Made by a program: the position numbers and the translations under genes
Origin: Pyrobaculum sp.
Lineage (GTDB): Archaea; Thermoproteota; Thermoprotei; Thermoproteales; Thermoproteaceae
Direction of reading: 5' to 3'
NCBI GenBank assembly: GCA_046293555.1
Contig: JBKBOT010000034.1
Location: 1 to 15,716, forward strand
Length of the DNA stretch: 15,716 bases
Notes under the pieces: model-generated
The model's input: the letters and a program-made list of their open reading frames with translations, nothing else
What the model was told of the DNA's origin: nothing
Database searches by the model: none
In this document: positions 7,705 through 15,447 of the stretch, piece after piece
How positions within the stretch are numbered: the stretch's first letter is position 1
Layout: each line of letters opens with the position of its first letter

Positions 7705-7872
7705 AGTAGGAAATCAATCTACATAAATATTTCACCTTGGCCCCTGCAGCCGTTTGTCTTGTTTTTAATTTATGTGCATATCTATGAAGGCTTAGGCTTG
7801 TCACAAGTTAAAACAAATGTCTAAATCCCACCAATGCCGTGAAAGTCAAAGCCAGACACAGTCTTATGTGAA

Positions 7873-8661
7873 CTATGTCGGGAGCTGACGGCCACAACTT
7901 AGGTGTATATACATCTTTCTTTTTATAAACCCCTCTCCCGGCGGGGTTAAATAGGGGGTACAGTCCGGCAACTCCGCCGCTAGAAAGGCTGCATGTCTGT
8001 TTTTACAGCTTTCACAGACGCCGCAGTGAGCCTCGCCATCTTTATAACAAGACCAGGTCTCGTAGATTAAGTCGCCTATTTCTTTGTGACATATCTTTAA
8101 CAACTGTGGCTTTCTTATCCCCTCTCTAGAGGGGCTCCACAGCTCTATGGCCCTCTCCGCTCTGAAGTGGCAAATTCTAAACGCCGCCTGTAGGGCCTCT
8201 ATACACTCGGGGCTGCAGTCTGGATATCGTGGCTCCCAGGTGTCTTCTCTAGGCCTTATGTCGTCGTAATGTGACCCAATAGCCACGTAGCTGGCCTTGA
8301 CTGTGTACGCATAGGCTGTGGCCACGGCGAGCATTACCACATTTCTAATGGGGGCCACCACTGTGGGGGTGTAGCTCTCCTCCACCTCTACAGAGGCGTC
8401 TGTGAGCTGCGTGCCGCGCCACAGCTGGCCCAAGTCGGAGAGGTCTACCAACCTGTGTTCTGCCACGCGGCCCCAGCCCTTCTCTGCCGCCAACTTGTCT
8501 ATCTTTTCTAAAAGCCTCCGCGCCTTTTCCACCTCGCCTACGGCCTTTTGGCCGTAGAGAAAAGAGAGGGCATATACGTCACACCCCTTCTTTAGCCAGA
8601 ATGTGGCGTAGCAGACGCTGTCGGGCCCTCCGGACACTACGGCGACTGTCTTACATGTCAT
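7873..8661 (-). CDS. queC: 7-cyano-7-deazaguanine synthase (preQ0 synthase; archaeosine pathway)
   Basis: PP-loop [28 protein letters not shown] and Zn motif TWSCY...HCGVCESC. Confidence 0.93.
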   Translation of the reverse strand: MTCKTVAVVSGGPDSVCYATFWLKKGCDVYALSFLYGQKAVGEVEKARRLLEKIDKLAAEKGWGRVAEHRLVDLSDLGQLWRGTQLTDASVEVEESYTPTVVAPIRNVVMLAVATAYAYTVKASYVAIGSHYDDIRPREDTWEPRYPDCSPECIEALQAAFRICHFRAERAIELWSPSREGIRKPQLLKICHKEIGDLIYETWSCYKDGEAHCGVCESCKNRHAAFLAAELPDCTPYLTPPGEGFIKRKMYIHLSCGRQLPT

Positions 8662-9074
8662 GGCGCCGTCGGCGCCTCTGCCGTGGCTAGTTCTAACAAT
8701 ATCGCCTTTTCGAAACAGAGGTCTCTTACAGAGAGGACACCCACAAGCTCCCCCTGTTTGTTTACTACCACCAGGTGGCGGATGTTGTGTGTCCTCATCT
8801 TCTCGGCGGCGGCAGAGACGGGGTCTGTGTCTAGCACTGTGATAGGCCTGTTGGCTATAGACATGGCGGGGCCGTCTAAGTTAAGACTCTGCGCCACCGC
8901 CCGCAAGACATCTCGCTCAGACACAACGGCCTTGGGCATTTTTGGGTTTTCTCTTGCCGTGAGTACCAAAAGGCCTATCTTGTTTTTTACAAGCTCCATA
9001 GCCACCTCTCGGATTGTGGCAGTCTCCGGCAGAAAGATGGGCGACCTTTTTAAAAGTTCTTTAACTGTAAGCAT
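8658..9074 (-). CDS. Stand-alone tandem CBS-domain protein
   Basis: Two CBS repeats ([10 protein letters not shown]; [10 protein letters not shown]...[10 protein letters not shown]). Its stop overlaps the queC start by 4 bp. Confidence 0.92.
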   Translation of the reverse strand: MLTVKELLKRSPIFLPETATIREVAMELVKNKIGLLVLTARENPKMPKAVVSERDVLRAVAQSLNLDGPAMSIANRPITVLDTDPVSAAAEKMRTHNIRHLVVVNKQGELVGVLSVRDLCFEKAILLELATAEAPTAP

Positions 9075-9091
9075 GACACATCTTCTTTATA

Positions 9092-9784
9092 TTAATAAGT
9101 ATATAACACGTCGACTGGAAAGTGGGCAGAGATGTCTAGCTCCCTCTTGGCCACCAACACAGAGGCGGCCGTCACCATGGCTCCCGCCTTCTCCACCAGC
9201 CCCACCAAAGCCCTCATGGTCCTTCCGCTTCTAGCAATGTCGTCAACTATAAAAACTCTCTCCCCTTGTCTAAGCTGGTCGGCGGGGATGTATAGAGTCA
9301 CAGGCCTCCCTTCTCTTAGGTAGGTATATTCATAGTTCTCTACCCCAGGCTCTCTATAGGCTTTAGCCACCACAAGAGGCGCCTCAAACCTAGAGGCGGC
9401 TGTCACAGCTAGAGGAATTCCGTCTACAGCCGCCGTCAGAACCTTGTCTACTTCAAGACCTGCAAATCTTTGAGATAGATATATCTCATACAGCCTCCAG
9501 AACTCTGGCAGGAGGACAAAAGACATGTCTATGTAGGTGTCGTAAGTCTTAAACCTGGCTCTAACTACCTCAGATACTGGGTACCTCTCCATAAGCCTAC
9601 CTAACATCTCTCTGGCGGTTTCTACAGAGGGTAACATATCGCCGGTGGCATAACGCGACAACACGCTCTCGGGTATGTCTAACAGCTGTGTCAAGTCTTT
9701 ATAAGTTATACCTAGAAGTTTTTTTATAGACTTTAGGTAGGCCACTGCGTCTAGCTGAAGTCTCAGCCCCTCAATTCTCTTCAT
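9092..9784 (-). CDS. XRE-type HTH plus type I phosphoribosyltransferase domain protein (PurR-like architecture)
   Basis: N-terminal HTH (TYKDLTQLLDIPESVLSRYATG), LTAAVDGIPLA and PRPP-binding VFIVDDIARSGRT. Confidence 0.88.
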   Translation of the reverse strand: MKRIEGLRLQLDAVAYLKSIKKLLGITYKDLTQLLDIPESVLSRYATGDMLPSVETAREMLGRLMERYPVSEVVRARFKTYDTYIDMSFVLLPEFWRLYEIYLSQRFAGLEVDKVLTAAVDGIPLAVTAASRFEAPLVVAKAYREPGVENYEYTYLREGRPVTLYIPADQLRQGERVFIVDDIARSGRTMRALVGLVEKAGAMVTAASVLVAKRELDISAHFPVDVLYTY

Positions 9785-10995
9785 AAAAACCTGCCCACCA
9801 CATTTCGAGCAATTATGAGCTTCAAGATGTTTTCAGCCCCCTCAGCCCCCACATAATACGACAAGACCCCCAAGAGAGACCTGGCCACGTTTGTCTCCTT
9901 AAAGTAAGAGGCGCCGCCAAACCACTTCATTACCTCTAACGCCACGTCTACCGCTAGAGAGACTGCGAGGTATTTAGCCACGGCGCCTGCCGTCGCCACG
10001 TCCTGGATGGAGAAGGCCGAGTCGCCGCCGTAGTGCCTATCCGCCACCCACGCCGCCTTGTATACAGCCAGCTGCGTCGCTTGCATCCTGGCGTAGAGCT
10101 CGGCAAACTTGAAGCTAACCCCCTGGTAGCTGGCGATAGGCTTGCCGAATGCGTTCCGCTGCCTGATCCACTCAAGCCCCCTGTCTAGAAGCCACCTGGC
10201 GGCCCCCAGAGATGCGGCGCCGATGATGGTCCTCGCCAGGTTGAACCCCTCCATAGCTATCTTAAAGCCGTTGTTTACCTCTCCCAACAAAAACTTCTCC
10301 TCTACAGAAAGGCCCTCGAGGAGGAGGTAGCCCGTGGGGAGGCCGTGGCGGCCTATCTCATCCCAGTCTCTATACATAAAGCCAGGCCTCGTCTCCCCCC
10401 TACGCTTTAACAACGCCAGAAATACAGAAAGCCCTTTGTGTCTATCCTCCAGAGCCCCAGTCCTGGCGATAGTCACCACGCCCCCGCCGTAGGGCAGGTT
10501 TAGTATGGTGGCTACCCCCGTCACCATGTTTTTCTCCCCATACAGCCTCCACCTGTCTCCTTCTCTCACAGCCTTAGTGACAAAAGAAGCCACATCGCTA
10601 CCCCCCTGCGGCTCTGTGGAAGCAATACCCACAAAAGCCCTCCCAGCCGCTACCTCTGGCAACACCTCCTCCCTCACCTCCTCCCGGCCGTATCGCTGCA
10701 CTATATAAGGCCAGGCGGTCTCCAGAAGCATATAGACCGGCGTGGCTAAAGAGGGGTCTGCGTAGGCCAGCTCCTCAGCCGCCAAGGCGGCCTGAAGGAA
10801 GGAGCCGTCTTGCCCGCCGTATTTAGAACTAAGAGGTATGCCCAAAAGCCCGGCCTCCCCTAGCCTCGCCGCTATCTCTTCAATGGGCTTCCTCCTCTCG
10901 TCTATCTCCACCCAGACTGGCGCGATAACCCTCTCTGCAAAAGACTTTACAGACTCAAGAAAAAGCTTGTCCTCTCTTGAAAACTCAAAATTCAT
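9781..10995 (-). CDS. Acyl-CoA dehydrogenase
   Basis: ASTEPQGGSDV, LYGEKNMVT, GFKIAMEGFNLAR, RNAFGKPIASYQGVSFKFAE, FGGASY and EGAENILKLIIAR. 4-bp overlap with the downstream gene. Confidence 0.95.
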   Translation of the reverse strand: MNFEFSREDKLFLESVKSFAERVIAPVWVEIDERRKPIEEIAARLGEAGLLGIPLSSKYGGQDGSFLQAALAAEELAYADPSLATPVYMLLETAWPYIVQRYGREEVREEVLPEVAAGRAFVGIASTEPQGGSDVASFVTKAVREGDRWRLYGEKNMVTGVATILNLPYGGGVVTIARTGALEDRHKGLSVFLALLKRRGETRPGFMYRDWDEIGRHGLPTGYLLLEGLSVEEKFLLGEVNNGFKIAMEGFNLARTIIGAASLGAARWLLDRGLEWIRQRNAFGKPIASYQGVSFKFAELYARMQATQLAVYKAAWVADRHYGGDSAFSIQDVATAGAVAKYLAVSLAVDVALEVMKWFGGASYFKETNVARSLLGVLSYYVGAEGAENILKLIIARNVVGRFL

Positions 10996-11020
10996 ATATC
11001 TAACTATATACAGTTTTTAA

Positions 11021-11599
11021 ATGATAGACATCGTCTTTGGTGACGACGTTGTGTATTACTACAAGGGGCGGAAAATCCCCACTGTGGCTCTATACATAAC
11101 CCCCACTATACACTACATACACCACGTGGCTCCATATGTGGCCAAGAGACTCCTAGAGGTGGGGATATCTCACTTCCGCTATCCAGACCCCACAGCCGCC
11201 TATGTAATAGAGCTAGCGTGTGGAGGCAGATGTACACACGATCCACACGGTGTCTCGATAGACTACATACTAGAAGAGGCATATTACAATTACCTTGCAG
11301 ACAAAATACTAGCCCATACAGCCACTGCAGACGCCCTGGTGGTGCCCTGTGTGGACCAGCCGTTGGCGAGGGCGCTGTCGCGACGGGCTAGAGAGTACGC
11401 CCCAGACTTGCTACAAATCGCCTCACAATACGGCGGGACGTGTCAACTAGACGTACAACACGACCCAAAGCCTGTGGAGGTGCCCCTCCCCCTCGGCCCC
11501 GCCTCTAGGGCGGCGTTACACACAGCGGCGTGGGCCATAGAGGAGAGAATTGCAGAAGCTCCACTCACCCCACTGTTAGATATAGAATGCAGCCGCTGA
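11021..11599 (+). CDS. Hypothetical protein; probable degenerate fold-type II PLP enzyme (cysteine synthase/PALP-like) lacking the PLP lysine
   Basis: 192-aa ATG-initiated ORF with protein-like composition. Remote motif similarity by eye: AYYNYLADKILAHT-ATADALVVP, REYAPDLLQIA and LGPASRAALHTAA. The CDS is well supported, the fold call less so. Confidence 0.75.
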   Translation: MIDIVFGDDVVYYYKGRKIPTVALYITPTIHYIHHVAPYVAKRLLEVGISHFRYPDPTAAYVIELACGGRCTHDPHGVSIDYILEEAYYNYLADKILAHTATADALVVPCVDQPLARALSRRAREYAPDLLQIASQYGGTCQLDVQHDPKPVEVPLPLGPASRAALHTAAWAIEERIAEAPLTPLLDIECSR

Positions 11600-12365
11600 C
11601 GGCACACCACCCAGACAGGCCGCCACGGCGGCGGGGTGGACCCAAGCCGCCTCTCAGACGGCGTCAAGCCGGGGCGACATCTGCGTCCCCCCACAGCCGC
11701 CTATTATCCACAGACCCCATCTGCCCTTACTCCATACATCTGCCGCACAGAGCCGCTGGCGTGCCACCAGACGTGGTCCCCAGCGACGAGACGTCCACAC
11801 ATCGCCCCCTACGCAGGCGCCCTGGCGGTCTTGTTATAAATCGACAGACGCCTCAAGCACACGCCGCTAAATCTCAGCTTCTATCTCTCCTACTGGCTAC
11901 GCCAAACAAATCCACACGACCCCTCCACCCGGCCTGTGGTAAGCGGGAGGCCTCCACACCCAGCTCTCCGGCGGCAGGCTGGAGACACCCGCCTTCTGGG
12001 GAGGCGGTCTTCTATGTGGTGGCGTAAAGCTGGCCATAGTTGAAAAGCCGGCTTATGGATGTGAGGCGTTCAGCTGGCCTACGTGGGCCTGGGGGAAGTG
12101 ATGTGGGCATGTGGTGCCTCTAGGCAGTGGCAGTCGCCCAAGACTGCCAGCCGTGGGCTCCAGGGGGTGTTGGGCTGGGAGACTTGTGGCAATCTATGGC
12201 GGCGGCTCTACGGGAGTCTTGACGCCCGTGGTGGGGACAACCCTCGAAAATCGGCGTATACGTCGCCGTGGTATACGGACTGCTTGGCTGCTAACACAGA
12301 CGCCGCCACGCTGACAGTAAGGCACTTTTTCTCTGGAGTTAATATCTTTTGGGGTATTAGAGAAG

Positions 12366-12458
12366 TGGGCCCGCCGGGATTTGAACCCGGGACTTCCCGG
12401 TTATGAGCCGGGCGCTGTGGTCCGGCTGGGCCGGCTGACCGGGCTAAGCTACGGGCCC
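12366..12458 (-). tRNA. tRNA-Ile2 (anticodon CAU) with an 18-nt non-canonical intron at position 22/23 (12417-12434)
   Basis: Minus strand: GGGCCCG TA GCTT AGCCCGGTCA G[CCGGCCCAGCCGGACCAC]AGC G CCCGG CTCATAA CCGGG AAGTC CCGGG TTCAAAT CCCGG CGGGCCC A. Anticodon at 12403-12405. A GGGCCC acceptor stem is typical of archaeal Ile rather than Met. No encoded CCA. Confidence 0.95.
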
Positions 12459-12478
12459 TCGTTATATGTATTTAGCAA

Positions 12479-12495
12479 TTTTTTAACTTTTCTCC
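12479..12495 (-). promoter_or_regulatory. BRE/TATA promoter of the tRNA gene
   Basis: GGAGAAAAGTTAAAAAA on the minus strand, ending about 20 nt upstream of the mature tRNA 5' end. Confidence 0.7.
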
Positions 12496-12784
12496 GCCAG
12501 TGGGATCGGTGTATTTACTAACGCAACTTATGAGATACTCAACGGCGGCAAAACCGCTAGTGACGATGTCGGCAAGAACGGCGTAACTGGAGTAAACCGT
12601 ACGAGAGTCCATCCTGCTAGCAGAATATGTGACAGATAGATAGGTCTCGAGGCAGTCCACTAATGTGGAGAGGTGAGGCGCCTCTTGTAGTCCTCCAGGG
12701 GGGACAGATATGAAGAAAACGGCCACCACGCTTTTAAGCATGTCCTCACGCGGAACGAGACCAGAGACGGCAAGATGTCTCCAA

Positions 12785-13027
12785 CTATTGCGGCGAAGAC
12801 CTGGCCTATGCTTATCGCCACGAGTTGGATTGTGGCAAATGTGCTTAAAATAGCGCACCGAATTATTGTGGCTTCTCTTGACGCCAGTAGCTCTGAAAAG
12901 GCCAGAAAGGCGTCAAGGCTATAGTGTCATATGAGAATTATGACAAGTGTCATTAAATCACGCCGAGCTGTAATCATTCTGAAAGACATCAGACCGGCTA
13001 TAAGCCATTAGCCCAAAATAAGGCCAG
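12785..13027 (-). pseudogene. Decayed DUF996-like paralog
   Basis: Colinear frameshifted fragments: LALF(G)ANGL ~ LTLIGAYGL; YSRSDVFQN ~ YRRPELFRN; LMTLVIILI ~ LLTAVVIILI; E(A)TGVK..ATII ~ EASGVS..ATLI; LVAISIGQVFAAI ~ LVGAIIGLIGQIFAII. In-frame TGA at 12927-12929. Confidence 0.65.
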
Positions 13028-13051
13028 CTCAGGAAAAACGTGGGGATGTGT

Positions 13052-13654
13052 CTAGCGATAGCCGTATTGTGAGGTGTACGTTAAGAGCTGTGTTGGCGGC
13101 TTTAGCCGAAAGGCGCCTATTATGGCAAATATATGGCCTATAAACATCAACACGACGCCAAGGAGCCCCAATATTGCACTAACTGCGGACATAAATTCTA
13201 TGGCGAGGGGTGTGGCAATTATGGCGAGAGGTATGGCGGCTAGGAGGATTAATACGCCAATTAAGATCAGCTTGGCCGCAGTTTTGAAATTGTTGACGTT
13301 AGAGGCCTCGAAAAGATTCATGTAGGCTCTCCTTATGAAGAACGCCCAAAGGATGAGTACAATCGGCGCCAAAATCAAAATTATTACAACAGCCGTCAGC
13401 AGTTGAAATATCCTCGTGGCATCATACATAGCGTCGAAGCTTGCAGCCAAAAAAGCCGGAAATAAGACCAACGCGCCGACAAACGGCACAATTACTGCAT
13501 ATAACAAATTCCAGAAGATACCACGCCGGTGGTAATGTTGAGACAAGCCATAAGCCCCGATTAATGTTAAAATCAAGCCGACTATATTTATAAATGGGAT
13601 AATCCATAGGATAAGCCCCACGGCAAATAACTTCTTAGCAGTTTGGAACTCCAT
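13052..13654 (-). CDS. DUF996-like multi-pass membrane protein (copy 1)
   Basis: Several hydrophobic helices. Motifs GLSQHY..IFWNLLY and EASNVNNFKTAA are shared with the two neighbouring paralogs and recalled as typical of archaeal DUF996. Confidence 0.85.
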   Translation of the reverse strand: MEFQTAKKLFAVGLILWIIPFINIVGLILTLIGAYGLSQHYHRRGIFWNLLYAVIVPFVGALVLFPAFLAASFDAMYDATRIFQLLTAVVIILILAPIVLILWAFFIRRAYMNLFEASNVNNFKTAAKLILIGVLILLAAIPLAIIATPLAIEFMSAVSAILGLLGVVLMFIGHIFAIIGAFRLKPPTQLLTYTSQYGYR

Positions 13655-13807
13655 ACTTACATATGTTTAAAGATATAAAAGCTTTTATCCAACGAGGGGC
13701 TTGTAGCGAGCTTGTCAGAAACGCCACAGCTTGAATCACGACAACGGCATGTAGCATATTCCAGTCCGGCCGGCAGTGGTTAAGCCATAGAGTCCAACTA
13801 ACGCCAA
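13655..13807. repeat. Duplicated upstream block, homologous to 14618-14747
   Basis: Shared order on + strand: ATATAAAA-x-CTTT(T)ATCCA, AACGAGGG(G)CTTGT(A/G)GCGAGCT, CGCCACAGCT, CACGA, CGGCCGGC, TAGAG(T/C)CCAA. Includes the minus-strand TTTTATAT TATA box of each gene. Confidence 0.75.
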
Positions 13808-13914
13808 ACTGGCTACAAGCATGAAGACAAGTCTAACAGCTCGTACCAGCTCTATTGACGGCAGGTTTACACTAATCAGCCCAACCACAACCTCCTCGCC
13901 GTGCATAATTCCAT
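13734..13914 (-). pseudogene. Decayed N-terminal fragment of a DUF996-like paralog
   Basis: ATG at 13914 gives MELCTARRL (~MEFQTAKKL), then after frameshifts VGLI, LALVGLYGL (~LTLIGAYGL), RPD and WNMLHAVVV (~WNLLYAVIV). Confidence 0.72.
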
Positions 13915-14050
13915 TACATGCCGTAAGGTCCGGCTGTCACAAAAGTTAGGGGCTTGGAGTAGGTGTGATAATAATACATATTGTAAATGACGTGTCAAGA
14001 CTGATGAGAAATTAAAGTCTAGCTGTAAATAGTGTCTTTTTGTAATCGGC

Positions 14051-14617
14051 TTAGTGGAGAGTTCCGCCTTGTGTTTGTGGTAGGCTTTCGGAAGTTTTTG
14101 GGGGTTTGAGCTCAAAGGCGCCTATTATGGCAAAGATTTGGCCTATTAGGCCAATTATGGCCCCCACGAGTATTACTAACGTGAGTGCTCCTATCCAGAT
14201 TAGTGTAGCCGCGGTCTTAAAACTACTCACTCCAGAAGCCTCATAGAGCCCCGTGTATACCTTTTTGACGAAATATGCTGCGACCACCGCAACAATCCAA
14301 ATTATGACCCAAACTAATAAGATAAATGTGAGGAAGTTAAACGCCGGGGTTGCGCCCGGCGGTTTTGATGCCAACATGGCGAATAGCGTGGTGATTCCCA
14401 CCGCTATGGCTATAACTACGCCAATGATGCCGACAATCACCGCATATAGCATGTTGCGGAAGAGTTCTGGCTTGACGTAGTGTTGGGAAAGGCTGTGGAC
14501 GCCTATCAACACCAAGATCATACCTACTATAGATATGCCGGGTATCAACGCATCTAACAACCCCAGAGACAAGATGAGACCCACGGCGAATACATGTTTT
14601 GCAGTCTGAAACTCCAT
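14051..14617 (-). CDS. DUF996-like multi-pass membrane protein (copy 2)
   Basis: MEFQTAK..FAVGLIL, LSQHYVKPELFRNMLYAVI, LYEASGVSSFKTAATLIWIGALT and IGQIFAIIGAFELKPP. Confidence 0.88.
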   Translation of the reverse strand: MEFQTAKHVFAVGLILSLGLLDALIPGISIVGMILVLIGVHSLSQHYVKPELFRNMLYAVIVGIIGVVIAIAVGITTLFAMLASKPPGATPAFNFLTFILLVWVIIWIVAVVAAYFVKKVYTGLYEASGVSSFKTAATLIWIGALTLVILVGAIIGLIGQIFAIIGAFELKPPKTSESLPQTQGGTLH

Positions 14618-14747
14618 AAATACACATGTCTAAATATATAAAAACTTTATCCATATACAACGAGGGCTTGTGGCGAGCTCGCCACAGCTCACCACGAGTC
14701 TCCATGGCGGCCGGCGGGGTGTAGAGCCCAAAACACCTAAGCTCCAA
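14618..14747. repeat. Duplicated upstream block, homologous to 13655-13807, containing a perfect 18-bp palindrome (14669-14686)
   Basis: Same colinear blocks as 13655-13807. TGTGGCGAGCTCGCCACA equals its own reverse complement. Confidence 0.75.
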
Positions 14748-14868
14748 GCCAGCTTGACGTCGGCTTACGCCAGCCCGACGTGAGGCCCAAAGCTCCTCGT
14801 GCGTGTGTCGCAGTGGCGAGAGTTGGGGGGCTGGAGTGGCGGCGGCGTGCTGTCTTTAGGCCGGCGGC

Positions 14869-15447
14869 TTAGTGGGGGGTTGTGTCTTGTGTCTGTGGCG
14901 GGTTTTCAGGTTTTGGGGGTTTTAGCCCAAAGGCGCCTACTATGGCGAAGATCTGGCCTACTAGATAAATTGCGCCCCCCACGAGTATTATGGCTGTGAG
15001 TGCCCCTATCCACACCAGGGTGGCGGCGGTCTTGAAGCTATCCACCTTAGAGACCTCGTACAGCCCCCTGTATACCCTCTTGACGAAATATGCCACGACC
15101 ACCCCGAGAGCCCAAAGTGGGGCAAATATCAAGATGAGGGAAGTAACCCCGCCGAGGCCGCGGGGCGGGCCTGGCGATGCTGACATGGAGATATACGCCG
15201 TGATTACAACAGCCAGAACTATTACAGAGCCTATGATGGCAATAATGACGGCATATAGCATGTTACGGAAGAGTTCCGGCCTTCTGTAGTGTTTAGACAA
15301 GCCATCAGCCCCCTCTAGAATCAAAATCCAGCTGACTATAACAATAACAAGTAGGATAATTGACGGCGAGAAGATCAATAAGGGGTATGTGATAATAAGT
15401 AGGATAAGCCCCACGGCAAATAACGTCTTAGCAGTATCAAACTCCAT
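14869..15447 (-). CDS. DUF996-like multi-pass membrane protein (copy 3)
   Basis: MEFDTAKTLFAVGLIL, LSKHYRRPELFRNMLYAVI, FKTAATLVWIGALT and VGQIFAIVGAFGLKPP. Confidence 0.88.
   Translation of the reverse strand: MEFDTAKTLFAVGLILLIITYPLLIFSPSIILLVIVIVSWILILEGADGLSKHYRRPELFRNMLYAVIIAIIGSVIVLAVVITAYISMSASPGPPRGLGGVTSLILIFAPLWALGVVVAYFVKRVYRGLYEVSKVDSFKTAATLVWIGALTAIILVGGAIYLVGQIFAIVGAFGLKPPKPENPPQTQDTTPH

Noticed and set aside
7873-8661. queC as part of a defence or DNA-modification system (QatC, dpd)
   Set aside because: Canonical length and motifs, and no qat or dpd partner genes in the window.
1028-10708. Many + strand and alternate-frame ORFs overlapping the long minus-strand genes
   Set aside because: Shadow ORFs in GC-rich coding DNA with no recognisable motifs.
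12043-12056. AAAAGCCGGCTTAT resembles the 3' conserved region of RNase P RNA
   Set aside because: No matching 5' GAGGAA/P4 strand was found upstream, and the SRP helix-8 motif is also absent from the region.
11600-12365. Integrated element with an att duplication of the tRNA, or one giant fold-back
   Set aside because: No partial tRNA copy or integrase was seen. The nested 7-9-nt inverted matches are about what chance gives in GC-rich, strand-skewed DNA.
12366-12458. Assignment as tRNA-Met
   Set aside because: The GGGCCC acceptor stem fits archaeal tRNA-Ile2; initiator features (A1-U72, GGG/CCC at the base of the anticodon stem) are missing.
12472-12858. 128-aa minus-strand ORF as a real gene
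   Set aside because: It overlaps the tRNA promoter and the DUF996 relic and has no motif. A faint YAVLADIV ~ YAVIVGII similarity hints at another relic but is too weak to call.
12660-13007. MFS transporter C-terminal pseudogene
   Set aside because: The hydrophobic frame is better explained by colinear DNA-level similarity to the adjacent DUF996-like genes.
13960-14050. C/D box sRNA around TGATGA/CTGA
   Set aside because: Box spacing and guide lengths do not fit the C-D'-C'-D layout.
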